A stretch of 64,000 nt of DNA from NCBI GenBank assembly GCA_041651535.1, contig JBAZIZ010000005.1, forward strand, positions 26,188-90,187, given 5' to 3'. Positions 41,634 to 50,781 of the stretch are shown piece after piece. Position 1 is the stretch's first letter; each line of letters opens with the position of its first letter. The notes below the pieces were generated by a model. The model did no database searches. It was not told the DNA's origin and worked only from the letters and a program-made list of their open reading frames with translations. Both the position numbers and the translations under genes were made by a program. The stretch comes from Patescibacteria group bacterium. Lineage in GTDB: Bacteria; Patescibacteriota; Patescibacteriia; Magasanikbacterales; UBA922.

Positions 41634-41770
41634 TAAATAAATTAAAAATCAAAAATGTAAAATTAAAAATATGTATTTTTTAGAAGCGTCATTTTTTGAA
41701 TTTTTCATTTTGAATTTTTCGTTGATTGTGGTATTATTATAATAAGAAAAGTTTAAAATTAAATAAAATT

Positions 41771-42775
41771 ATGAAAACAATAAAAAAATTTTTTGATGAA
41801 GCTATAAAGAAAAAAGCTTCAGACATACTTTTAGCAGCTGGTGAAAAACCTTTTTTGCGAATCGAAGGTGATTTGGTAGCGATAGATGATAAAGAATTAA
41901 ATAAAAAAGATTTAGAATTAGAACTTTTTTCTATTTTAAATGCTGAACAAAAAAAGAAATTTCAAGAAAATTTGGAATTAGATTTTGCTTATGAACATAA
42001 TAAAAATCGTTTCCGAGTAAATTTTCATTATCAAGAAGGTGGAATTGCTATGTCTGGTCGTTTGATTCCACAAGAAATTCCAACTCCAGAAGATATAAGA
42101 CTTGAAGAAAATTTATTAGAATTAGTAAATTTGGAAAGTGGATTAGTTTTGGTTGTCGGTGCAACTGGAAATGGAAAATCAACAACAATTGCGACTATTT
42201 TAGAAGAAATCAATAAAAATAAAAAAGAACATATTATTACAATTGAAGATCCGATCGAATTTTTGTTTAATAGTAAACAAAGTATGGTAGAACAAAGAGA
42301 AATTGGAATTGACACAAAAAGTTTTGCTGAAGCATTAAAACATGTTTTACGTCAAAATCCAGATATTATTTTTATCGGAGAAATGCGTGATCCAGAAACT
42401 ATTGCGACAGCTCTTACTGCTGCCGAAACTGGTCATTTGGTTTTTTCTACTTTACACACTTTTAATGCCGCGGAAACTATAAAAAGAATCGTGGATGTAT
42501 TTGAAGGACCAAAACAAAAACAAGTTTTATCGCAATTATCTTCAGTTTTGCGAGTTGTTGTTGCTCAAAAATTATTAAAATCAAAATCTGGGAAGCAAGT
42601 TGTCGCCAGAGAAATTTTAGTAAATAATTCAGCTATAGCAAATATGATAAAAGAAAATAATTTATCACAAATTGTTAGTGCTATGCAAACTGGTGCTAAA
42701 GATGGCATGAAGACAATGGATACCTCATTAAAAGAATTAATTAAAAGTGGTGAAATAGATAAAGAGAAAAAATAA
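41771..42775 (+). CDS. pilT: Type IV pilus retraction ATPase PilT/PilU
   Basis: GATGNGKST, TIEDPIE, LRQNPD, GEMRD, AAETGHLVFSTLHT. Confidence 0.88.
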   Translation: MKTIKKFFDEAIKKKASDILLAAGEKPFLRIEGDLVAIDDKELNKKDLELELFSILNAEQKKKFQENLELDFAYEHNKNRFRVNFHYQEGGIAMSGRLIPQEIPTPEDIRLEENLLELVNLESGLVLVVGATGNGKSTTIATILEEINKNKKEHIITIEDPIEFLFNSKQSMVEQREIGIDTKSFAEALKHVLRQNPDIIFIGEMRDPETIATALTAAETGHLVFSTLHTFNAAETIKRIVDVFEGPKQKQVLSQLSSVLRVVVAQKLLKSKSGKQVVAREILVNNSAIANMIKENNLSQIVSAMQTGAKDGMKTMDTSLKELIKSGEIDKEKK

Positions 42776-42782
42776 ATTTTTT

Positions 42783-44552
42783 ATGTATTTGCGGACAAAT
42801 AATCCCGGTAATATAAAAAAATATGCGATTGATCCTCGAATCAGAATTGCTAGTTTGTTTTTTTCTGCTTGTATTTTAATAATAATTGCTAGATTGTTTT
42901 TGCTCATGATTATTGATCACTCTTTTTATTCCTCAGTAGCTTCAGGTAATCAAGAATTATATAAAAAACTTTATCCAAATCGCGGTTCAATTTTTTTACA
43001 ATCTGTAAATAGTGAGATGGTTTATCCTTTAGTAATAAACAAAGAACTTTATAATTTATATTTAAATACCAAAGAAATTTTAGATGATGAAAGTGCCGAA
43101 AAAGTGGCGACAAAATTAGCTGAATTTTTTTCTTATGATGATGAAAAAAAATTAACCATTTATTTAAAAGCTAATAAAAGAACTGATCCTTACGAACCAA
43201 TTGAAAATAAAATTGAAACTGATAAAAAAGAAGAAATTGAAAAAATGGAATTACCTGGAGTACATTTTGTCGAATTGCCAAGTCGTTTTTATCCAGAAAA
43301 TAATTTACTTGCACAAGTAATTGGTTTTTTAGGAAAAGATGATGAAGGAAATGATGTAGGTCATTATGGACTAGAAGGTTATTGGAATAAAGAATTAAGT
43401 GGTAAAGGTGGATTTTTGGAAGGATTAAAAAGTGCCAAAGGTAGTATTATTGCTGGAGCAGAAAAATCTTTTGAACCAGCTGAAGATGGTGTTGATTTAT
43501 ATTTAACAATAGATCGAACTTTACAATCTGAAACCTGTGCAATTTTAAAAAGAAGAATGGAATTATATGAAGCCCAAGCAGCTTCACTGATTATTATGAA
43601 TCCGAAAACTGGGGCAATACTCACCATGTGTTCTTTTCCAGATTTTGATCCAAATAATTATGGAAAAGTTGATTCAGTAGCAGTTTATAATAATTTAAAT
43701 ATTTATGAACCTTATGAACCTGGATCAATTTTTAAACCGATTGCAATGTCCGCAGCTTTAAATGAAGAAATACTTAGTCCTGATTCATATTTTCATGATA
43801 GTGGTTCAGCTGAAGTTGGTTGTACAAAACCAATAAAAAATGCTGATGGCAAATCATATGGCGACCAAACCATGACTGGAGTTTTGGAAAATTCTATTAA
43901 TACTGGCATGGTTTATGTTGTAAATAAATTAGGTAAAGAAAAATTTGTTGATTATATCCAAAAATTTGGTTTTGGTGTAAAAACTGGTTTAGAATTAGAT
44001 ACTGAAAATACTGGGACTTATGAATCTTTACTTAGAAATGATATGACAAAAGTTGATTGTTACACAGCCACAGCTTCTTTTGGTCAAGGAATTACAGCAA
44101 CGCCGATTCAAATGATTAGTGCTTTTGCTGCTATTGCTAATGGGGGAAAACTTATGAAACCATATATTATTGCGAAAAAAGAATATTTTGATGGTAGAAT
44201 TGAAGAAACAAAACCTTTAGTTGTCCGTGATGTTTTAACAAAAAAAACTTCAGCACTTTTGTCAGGAATGTTAGTCAGGGTTATTGATAAAGGACAAGGA
44301 GTTTTGGCAAAAGTAAATGGTTATTATTTAGCAGGAAAAACTGGTACAGCACAAATTGCTGGTCCAAATGGTTATACAGATGAGTATAACCATTCGTTTA
44401 TTGGTTTTGGACCAGTGGACGATCCAAAATTTATTGTGATGATTAGACTTGAAAAACCAAAATTAATTTATTCTTCAACTACAGCTGCACCGACTTTTTC
44501 AGAAATAGCTAATTATATTTTAAAATATTATAAAATACCAAAAAATTATTAA
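42783..44552 (+). CDS. Class B penicillin-binding protein (FtsI/PBP2-like)
   Basis: RGSI, GLEG, EPGSIFK (SxxK), SIN (SxN), GKTGTAQ. Confidence 0.92.
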   Translation: MYLRTNNPGNIKKYAIDPRIRIASLFFSACILIIIARLFLLMIIDHSFYSSVASGNQELYKKLYPNRGSIFLQSVNSEMVYPLVINKELYNLYLNTKEILDDESAEKVATKLAEFFSYDDEKKLTIYLKANKRTDPYEPIENKIETDKKEEIEKMELPGVHFVELPSRFYPENNLLAQVIGFLGKDDEGNDVGHYGLEGYWNKELSGKGGFLEGLKSAKGSIIAGAEKSFEPAEDGVDLYLTIDRTLQSETCAILKRRMELYEAQAASLIIMNPKTGAILTMCSFPDFDPNNYGKVDSVAVYNNLNIYEPYEPGSIFKPIAMSAALNEEILSPDSYFHDSGSAEVGCTKPIKNADGKSYGDQTMTGVLENSINTGMVYVVNKLGKEKFVDYIQKFGFGVKTGLELDTENTGTYESLLRNDMTKVDCYTATASFGQGITATPIQMISAFAAIANGGKLMKPYIIAKKEYFDGRIEETKPLVVRDVLTKKTSALLSGMLVRVIDKGQGVLAKVNGYYLAGKTGTAQIAGPNGYTDEYNHSFIGFGPVDDPKFIVMIRLEKPKLIYSSTTAAPTFSEIANYILKYYKIPKNY

Positions 44553-44561
44553 ATAAAAAAT

Positions 44562-45920
44562 ATGAAAGAAGAAACAATTAAAAAAATAAAAAAACAAGCT
44601 GAAAAAGATTTTAGTTATACTATAAATGAAACTGGAGAATATCGTGAATCTTGGCGAATATTTAGAATCATGTCTGAATTTGTAGAAGGTTACCAATTTT
44701 TATCTTCTCTACAAAAAGAAGTAACAATTTTTGGGTCAGCACGATTAGATGAAAATACTAAAGAATACAAAATTGCTCGTGAACTTGGTTATCTGCTTGG
44801 TCGAGATGGTTTTACTGTGATTACTGGCGGTGGTCCTGGAGTGATGGAAGCAGCAAATCGTGGAGCTTATGAAGCTGATGGTAAATCAGTTGGTTTAAAT
44901 ATTCAATTACCATTTGAACAAAGAATAAATCCTTATGTAAAAGAATCGACAGCTTTTTATTATTTTTTTACTAGAAAAGTAATGCTTACTTCACCAGCTA
45001 ATGCTTTTGTTTATTTTCCGGGTGGTTTTGGAACAATGGATGAATTTTTTGAAGTGGTGGATTTGATGGAACTTGGCAAAATGCATCATGCTCCAGTTAT
45101 TTTAGTTGGCAAAGATTTTTGGCAACCGATTTTAGATTTTTTGAAAAAAAATTCAGTTGAAGTTGGTTCAGTAGAAAAAAAATATATTGATAGTTGGCAT
45201 GTTGTAGATAGTGCTACTGAAGCTTATGAATTTATTAAAGATGCAAAAGATTTAACTTATTCATCTTGCGAATTATCACCAAACAGTTTTAGATGTGATC
45301 AACAAAAAACTGATTGGAAAATTTTTAAAATCATGGCTGAATTAGTGGAAGGTTTTGATTTTTTGACTGGACTTATCGAAGATGTAACAGTGCTTGGTAC
45401 AAAAGCGATAAAATCAGATTCACCATATTACAAACAAGCAGAAGAATTTGGTAAAAGATTAGCTGAAGAAAAAATTACTGTGGTTAATGGTGGTGGACCT
45501 GGAATTATGGAAGCAGTTTCCAAAGGAGCTTTTGAAAATGGGGGAGAAACAATTGGTATTAATATGGAAATCGGCACTAAACAACGGGCTAATCCTTATT
45601 TAAAAAAATCAATTGGTTTTAAATTTCCTTTTACTCGTAAAATGATTTTAACCGCACCATCAAAAGCTTTCATTTTTTTTCCTGGAGGTTTTGGAACTCT
45701 TCACCAACTTTATGAAATTTTAACTTTGATTCAGACTGGTAAAATGCAAAAAATTCCAATAATTTTATTTGATCATAAATTTTGGGAACCTCTTCATGCT
45801 CATATCAAGAAAATTTTTGTGCATGAATATGAAACGATTGGGGATCTTGATGATGAGTTATATCAAATCGTAGATGATGTAGAGAGCGCAATAAAAATTA
45901 TTAAAGAATTTAGAAAGTAA
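44562..45920 (+). CDS. Tandem two-domain LOG-family (SLOG) protein
   Basis: Two repeats of GGGPG.MEA...F.RK..PGGFGT. Confidence 0.88.
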   Translation: MKEETIKKIKKQAEKDFSYTINETGEYRESWRIFRIMSEFVEGYQFLSSLQKEVTIFGSARLDENTKEYKIARELGYLLGRDGFTVITGGGPGVMEAANRGAYEADGKSVGLNIQLPFEQRINPYVKESTAFYYFFTRKVMLTSPANAFVYFPGGFGTMDEFFEVVDLMELGKMHHAPVILVGKDFWQPILDFLKKNSVEVGSVEKKYIDSWHVVDSATEAYEFIKDAKDLTYSSCELSPNSFRCDQQKTDWKIFKIMAELVEGFDFLTGLIEDVTVLGTKAIKSDSPYYKQAEEFGKRLAEEKITVVNGGGPGIMEAVSKGAFENGGETIGINMEIGTKQRANPYLKKSIGFKFPFTRKMILTAPSKAFIFFPGGFGTLHQLYEILTLIQTGKMQKIPIILFDHKFWEPLHAHIKKIFVHEYETIGDLDDELYQIVDDVESAIKIIKEFRK

Positions 45921-45929
45921 AAATAAATT

Positions 45930-46496
45930 ATGTATTATATTGCTGGTAAAAAGCAGAAGAGAATTACTTTAATAACTTTGTTTGCTGATGATATTCTAGA
46001 AAAAATAAAAAAAATTGTGGCTGATAAAGAAAATTTAATTTGTAAAATTCCTTATGGAATAGATGATGATAATAGAAAACAAATGGATACTTTGCCGTAC
46101 CATTTTACGATTTCTAGTTGGGATAATAAATTTGAAAGACAAGTTGTAGAAATTTTAAAAGAATTAAATTTTTCAAATTTTGTTTTGAAAATTGATAAAG
46201 TAAAAATTATGTCGGGAAAAGAAAACAGCCATATTCTTTATTTTTTTGCAAAAAATGATGATAAATTAAGAAAAATACAAAAAAGTATTTTTGAAAAAAT
46301 TCCTAATGAAAAATATAATCCAGCTAATTTTGAATTTCATATAACTTTGGCTATTGATAAAGATCAAAATAATATTTTGAAATTAAAAGAAAAAATAGAA
46401 AAAAATTTTGAAGCTTTTGAAATTAGAATAGATAAATTGGCTTTATTTTCTATTTATCCTGCTAGAAAAATTTTTGAAAAAGCTTTGAAAGAATAA
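45930..46496 (+). CDS. 2H phosphoesterase (2'-5' RNA ligase family)
   Basis: Two HxT motifs: YHFTI and FHITL. Confidence 0.75.
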   Translation: MYYIAGKKQKRITLITLFADDILEKIKKIVADKENLICKIPYGIDDDNRKQMDTLPYHFTISSWDNKFERQVVEILKELNFSNFVLKIDKVKIMSGKENSHILYFFAKNDDKLRKIQKSIFEKIPNEKYNPANFEFHITLAIDKDQNNILKLKEKIEKNFEAFEIRIDKLALFSIYPARKIFEKALKE

Positions 46497-46552
46497 TTTT
46501 TTGTTTATTATAGACAAAAATATTTTTTTATTGTATTATACTGTTTAAAAAT

Positions 46553-46639
46553 GGAGAGTTCGCATAGTGGTCGAGTGCGCTGCCTTGGAAAGGCAGTATA
46601 TCCGAAAGGGTATCGAGGGTTCGAATCCCTCATTCTCCG
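46553..46639 (+). tRNA. tRNA-Ser(GGA)
   Basis: GGAGAG acceptor, CTGCC-TTGGAAA-GGCAG, long variable arm, GGTTCGAATCC. Confidence 0.93.
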
Positions 46640-46805
46640 CGAACGAAGTGAGCGAAAATGAGCGAGCAAATAGTTTTTCTCGCGTAGGGATGAGAACGCC
46701 GGAGTGATGTTTAGCGAGTTTGCTGACGAGCTAAACCGCGAGGTGGTGACTAGCCCGAGGTGGCGGAAGCCACTGAGAGGCGAAGTAGAATCCCTCATTC
46801 TCCGC
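46640..46805. mobile_element. 165-bp GC-rich tRNA-associated mini-element bounded by a duplicated tRNA 3' end
   Basis: GAATCCCTCATTCTCCGC at 46623-46640 and 46788-46805; degenerate third copy at 46835-46854. Confidence 0.7.
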
Positions 46806-46865
46806 AAAAATGTTTTTCTTTTTGTTGATAAATAGAATCCTTCATTCCTCGCCAAATTTTAATTT

Positions 46866-49412
46866 ATGGAAAATATTTATAAATATAAAGGACTTTCTGA
46901 AAGTGAAGTTCAACAATTGTTAAAAAAAGAGGGCTATAATGAACTTCCTTCTCAAAAAAAACAAAGTTGGTTTTCTATTTTGATTAGTGTTCTGTCTGAA
47001 CCGATGCTTCTTTTATTAGTTGGTAGTGGTGTGATTTATTTGTTCATGGGAGAAGTTAAAGATGCTTTAATGCTTCTTTTGTTTGTTTTTGTGGTGATTG
47101 GTATTACTTTTTTTCAAGAAAGAAAAACAGAAAAAACTCTTGAAGCTTTACGTGATTTATCAAGTCCTCGAGCCTTAGTTATTCGTGATGGTGTACAAAA
47201 AAGAATTGCGGGTAGAGAAGTAGTTCGTGGGGATATTCTTATTATACGTGAAGGAGATCGAGTGCCAGCAGATGCTTTTATCCTTGCTGGTGAAAATTTA
47301 AATGTTGATGAATCACTTTTGACTGGAGAATCTGTGGCAGTCAGAAAATCTATTTGGGATGGAAAGACAGAAAAAATGAGACCAGGTGGGGATGATCTTC
47401 CATTTATATATTCTGGTTCATTGATTATTAGTGGCCATGGTTTGGCACAAGTAAGTCAAATCGGTTCAAAGACTGAGATTGGTAAAATTGGTAAAAGTTT
47501 AGAAGGAATAAAAGACGAGGATACATTATTACACAAAGAAACAGAAAAAATAGTTCGCTACGTTGCTGTCAGTAGTATTATTCTTTGTATTTTTGTAGTA
47601 GTAGTTTATATTTTGATTAAGGGTAGTATTATTGGTGGTTTATTAGCTGGTCTTACTTTGAGTATGGCGATGTTGCCAGAAGAATTTCCTATGGTACTTT
47701 TGATATTTTTAACTCTTGGAGCTTGGAGAATTTCTAAAAAAAAGGTGTTAACAAGACGAGCTGCAGCTATTGAAACATTAGGAGCAGCGACTGTACTTTG
47801 TACTGATAAAACTGGGACATTAACTCAAAACAAAATGGAATTAGCTTGTTTGTACTCAGAAGGTTCTTTTTTTGAATTAAATGATTTAGCTTCAATAGAA
47901 TTACCTGATAAGTTTAAAAAACTTTTAGAATATGGAATTTTAGCTAGTCAAAAAGATCCTTATGATCCAATTGAAAAAGAATTATGTGCAATGGGAAAAA
48001 TATATTTAAAAGAAAATAAGATAGATGATGAAAATTTTTCTTTAAAAAAAGAATATCCGCTCACTAAAGAATTTTTGGCTCTGTCTCGTGTCTGGTCTGT
48101 AAAAAATAAACAAGAATTAGTTATTGCTTCAAAAGGAGCACCAGAAACAATTCTTGATTTATGTCATATTGAAGGCAAAGAAAAAGAAAATATTCTTCAA
48201 AAAGTAAAAGAAATGGCTGACAAAGGTTTGCGAGTTTTAGGATCAGCCGAAGCTGTTTATTATTCAGATAATTTACCAAGCATTCAGCATGATTTTAATT
48301 TTGAATTTGTTGGTTTACTTGGTTTTATTGATCCAATCCGTCCAAATGTTTCTAGTGCAGTTGCAGAAGCTCAAGAAGCTGGCATAAGAGTGATAATGAT
48401 CACTGGAGATTATCCTGGCACAGCACAATTTATTGCTAAAAAAATTGGTTTAAAAAATCCTGATGAATATTTAACTGGAGAAGATTTAAATAAAATTTCT
48501 TTTAAAGAATTAGAAGAAAAAATTAAAACTGTAAATATTTTTGCTAGAGTTTTGCCAGAACAAAAACTTTTGATTGTCAAAGCTCTCAAAGCTACTAAAG
48601 AAATAACAGCCATGACTGGTGATGGAGTAAATGATGCTCCAGCATTGAAAGCTGCTAACATAGGAATTGCTATGGGTGAAAGAGGAACTGATGTTGCGCG
48701 TGAAGCTTCATCTCTTGTTTTATTAAATGATGATTTTTCTTCGATTGTCTCAGCTGTCAGATTGGGACGCAGAATTTATGATAATCTAAAAAGAGCAATG
48801 GGTTATGTTTTAGCTGTACATGTACCTATTGCTGGTATGTCTATTTTACCTTTGGTTTTTGATTTACCGATTGTACTTTTTCCAGCTCATATTGCTTTTT
48901 TGGAATTGATTATTGATCCAGCTTGTTCTACAGTTTTTGAATCAGAAAAAGAAGTAGAGGGTATAATGAAAAAATCACCTAGAAATATTCAGCAGTCAAT
49001 GTTTAATTTCAAAACAGTAGCAATTAATATGTTGCAAGGTTTGACGGTTTTAATAGTTTCTTTTGCTTTGTATTTTTTTATTATAAAATTAGGTCGGGGT
49101 GAAATTGAAGCAAGATCTTTTGCTTTTGCTTCATTAGTTTTATCTAATTTAATGTTAATTGTTACCAATCTTTCTTGGAGTCAAAACTTTTTTCAAATAT
49201 TACGCTCGGCAAATAGAATTTTATTTTCTGTGATTTTTGGAGCAATATTTTGTTTAATAGCTGTTTTGTATGTACCATTTTTGTCTGGTTTATTTCATCT
49301 AGCGCCATTACATCTAAATGATTTTATTTTAATTTTTTTGGCAATGTCGATCAGTTTAGTTTGGTTTGAAATATTAAAAATATTTAATAATAAATATCAT
49401 TATTTAAATTGA
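46866..49412 (+). CDS. Cation-transporting P-type ATPase (P2-like)
   Basis: LTGES, LPEEF, DKTGTLT, KGAPE, MITGD, TGDGVNDAPALK. Confidence 0.95.
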   Translation: MENIYKYKGLSESEVQQLLKKEGYNELPSQKKQSWFSILISVLSEPMLLLLVGSGVIYLFMGEVKDALMLLLFVFVVIGITFFQERKTEKTLEALRDLSSPRALVIRDGVQKRIAGREVVRGDILIIREGDRVPADAFILAGENLNVDESLLTGESVAVRKSIWDGKTEKMRPGGDDLPFIYSGSLIISGHGLAQVSQIGSKTEIGKIGKSLEGIKDEDTLLHKETEKIVRYVAVSSIILCIFVVVVYILIKGSIIGGLLAGLTLSMAMLPEEFPMVLLIFLTLGAWRISKKKVLTRRAAAIETLGAATVLCTDKTGTLTQNKMELACLYSEGSFFELNDLASIELPDKFKKLLEYGILASQKDPYDPIEKELCAMGKIYLKENKIDDENFSLKKEYPLTKEFLALSRVWSVKNKQELVIASKGAPETILDLCHIEGKEKENILQKVKEMADKGLRVLGSAEAVYYSDNLPSIQHDFNFEFVGLLGFIDPIRPNVSSAVAEAQEAGIRVIMITGDYPGTAQFIAKKIGLKNPDEYLTGEDLNKISFKELEEKIKTVNIFARVLPEQKLLIVKALKATKEITAMTGDGVNDAPALKAANIGIAMGERGTDVAREASSLVLLNDDFSSIVSAVRLGRRIYDNLKRAMGYVLAVHVPIAGMSILPLVFDLPIVLFPAHIAFLELIIDPACSTVFESEKEVEGIMKKSPRNIQQSMFNFKTVAINMLQGLTVLIVSFALYFFIIKLGRGEIEARSFAFASLVLSNLMLIVTNLSWSQNFFQILRSANRILFSVIFGAIFCLIAVLYVPFLSGLFHLAPLHLNDFILIFLAMSISLVWFEILKIFNNKYHYLN

Positions 49413-49425
49413 TAAAATAAATTAT

Positions 49426-49511
49426 GGAGAGCCCCGCCGAGTCGGGGTAAACCCCGTCAAGGCGGGGTAAAGTGGCTGGGCTTATCCCGCCTCGGTGGGT
49501 TGAAGTTGAAA
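49426..49511 (+). pseudogene. Decayed 5' fragment of a tRNA-Ser interrupted by palindromic inserts
   Basis: AAATAAATTATGGAGAG duplicated (49415-31 and 49534-50); GGAGAG/GTGGCTGGG/TTGAAG split by three CCCG..GGG hairpins. Confidence 0.55.
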
Positions 49512-49544
49512 GTGAAAAATTGTTTGTATTTTTAAATAAATTAT

Positions 49545-49634
49545 GGAGAGATGTCTGAGTTGGTTGAAAGTACCGCTCTCGAAAAGCGGCAGGGTGAATA
49601 GCCCTCGCGGGTTCGAATCCCGCTCTCTCCGCCA
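49545..49634 (+). tRNA. tRNA-Ser(CGA)
   Basis: CCGCT-CTCGAAA-AGCGG, long variable arm, GGTTCGAATCC, encoded CCA. Confidence 0.93.
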
Positions 49635-49665
49635 AGACAATTTAGTATCGGTTTGACCCGAATGC

Positions 49666-49687
49666 CCAGCTTTTGCTGGGTTTTTTC
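49666..49687 (+). terminator. Terminator after tRNA-Ser(CGA)
   Basis: CCCAGC-TTTT-GCTGGG plus T7. Confidence 0.8.
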
Positions 49688-49803
49688 GTTTCTAATCTCT
49701 ACTACTCGACTAAGTGGGATTTTGGAACTAAAAGCAGGATTTTTATATCCTGTTTTTTTGTCCTTTTACTTTACTTTTATGGGTATTTAAGCTATATTTT
49801 AAA

Positions 49804-49962
49804 TGCGAAACAGTAATAAATAAACGTGAGGATTAGCCAAATCATATTTTTTGGCATTTTCCTATTTACGTACAGGAACGGACATCCCGACCGAACGTAA
49901 GTAGGATCCTCACGGACACCTTTTACTGTTTCGCAACTAGGTCGGGTGTCCGTTTTTGTTTT
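49804..49962 (+). ncRNA. Highly structured leader/ncRNA with competing pairings
   Basis: Four nested stems plus long loop-3' complementarity; TTTACT-17-TATATT promoter at 49770-49798. Confidence 0.65.
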
Positions 49963-50004
49963 ATAAAACTGATCCCGATAGTACTAATATAATAATTAAA
50001 AACT

Positions 50005-50451
50005 ATGGACTATCAAAAAATCTGGGATAAAACCCTAAGTAAAGGAGAAGAAGTTAAATATAGCTTCTCTATTGGCGATCGGTATATAAAATTTAATCTC
50101 ATAGCCTGGGGCGTTGTAAGCGTATTTTTATTACCAGCTATGGGATTTGGTGTTTTAACTTTTCTCATAGCACTCTTTTATTATAAATTCTATTTAAGAG
50201 TAGCTAATGCTTATGCTTTCACCAACAAAAGAGTGCTGATTCATACAGGCTGGCTTTCTACCCATTCAACTAGTATTGATTATTCTAAAATTACTGATGT
50301 GCATGTTAGAGAGCCATTCTTTGATAAGGTGGTGACTAAGACTGGCGACATTGCTATAAACACAGCTGGTTCTGGCGCTATCGAAGTAATTTTAAGGCAC
50401 ATTGAGAAACCATATGAGATTAAGAAGCAATTAGATGAAATGAAAGATTAA
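50005..50451 (+). CDS. Membrane protein with bacterial PH (bPH_2-like) domain
   Basis: Two TMs then YAFTNKRVLIHTGWLS..IDYSKITDV..GDIAINTAG. Confidence 0.8.
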   Translation: MDYQKIWDKTLSKGEEVKYSFSIGDRYIKFNLIAWGVVSVFLLPAMGFGVLTFLIALFYYKFYLRVANAYAFTNKRVLIHTGWLSTHSTSIDYSKITDVHVREPFFDKVVTKTGDIAINTAGSGAIEVILRHIEKPYEIKKQLDEMKD

Positions 50452-50560
50452 TTTAAAATATTTGTATATACAAAAAGAGCGGGTTGTTTCCGTTCTTTTT
50501 GTTTACAAATCAATGAAAATCTGGTAAAGTTATAGATGTAAAGTTTTATATATTCGTATT

Positions 50561-50776
50561 ATGAACAATAAAAAAAATCAATCAAAAATTGGTGAAAATA
50601 TAAGGAGACTTCGTCTATATAATAAAATGTCACAAGATGGTTTGTCGAAAAAAGCTGATTTGGCTTTTTATACCATTTCAAAAATAGAAGCAGGGTCTAC
50701 CCCTAATCCCACAATCGAAACAGTAAAGAAAATCGCAGACGCTCTCAGTGTTTCGCTTGATGAACTTTTAAAATAA
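50561..50776 (+). CDS. XRE-family HTH regulator (probable R-M controller)
   Basis: IGENIRRLR..MSQDGLS..TISKIEAG..NPTIETVKKIADAL; 5 bp before the R-M gene. Confidence 0.9.
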   Translation: MNNKKNQSKIGENIRRLRLYNKMSQDGLSKKADLAFYTISKIEAGSTPNPTIETVKKIADALSVSLDELLK

Positions 50777-50781
50777 TCTAT

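Noticed and set aside
46508-46855. 115-aa minus-strand ORF with repeated RRMRDS
   Set aside because: Antisense reading of tRNA-Ser and its duplicated 3' end
49384-49635. 83-aa minus-strand ORF MAERAGFEPA...
   Set aside because: Antisense translation of tRNA-Ser(CGA)
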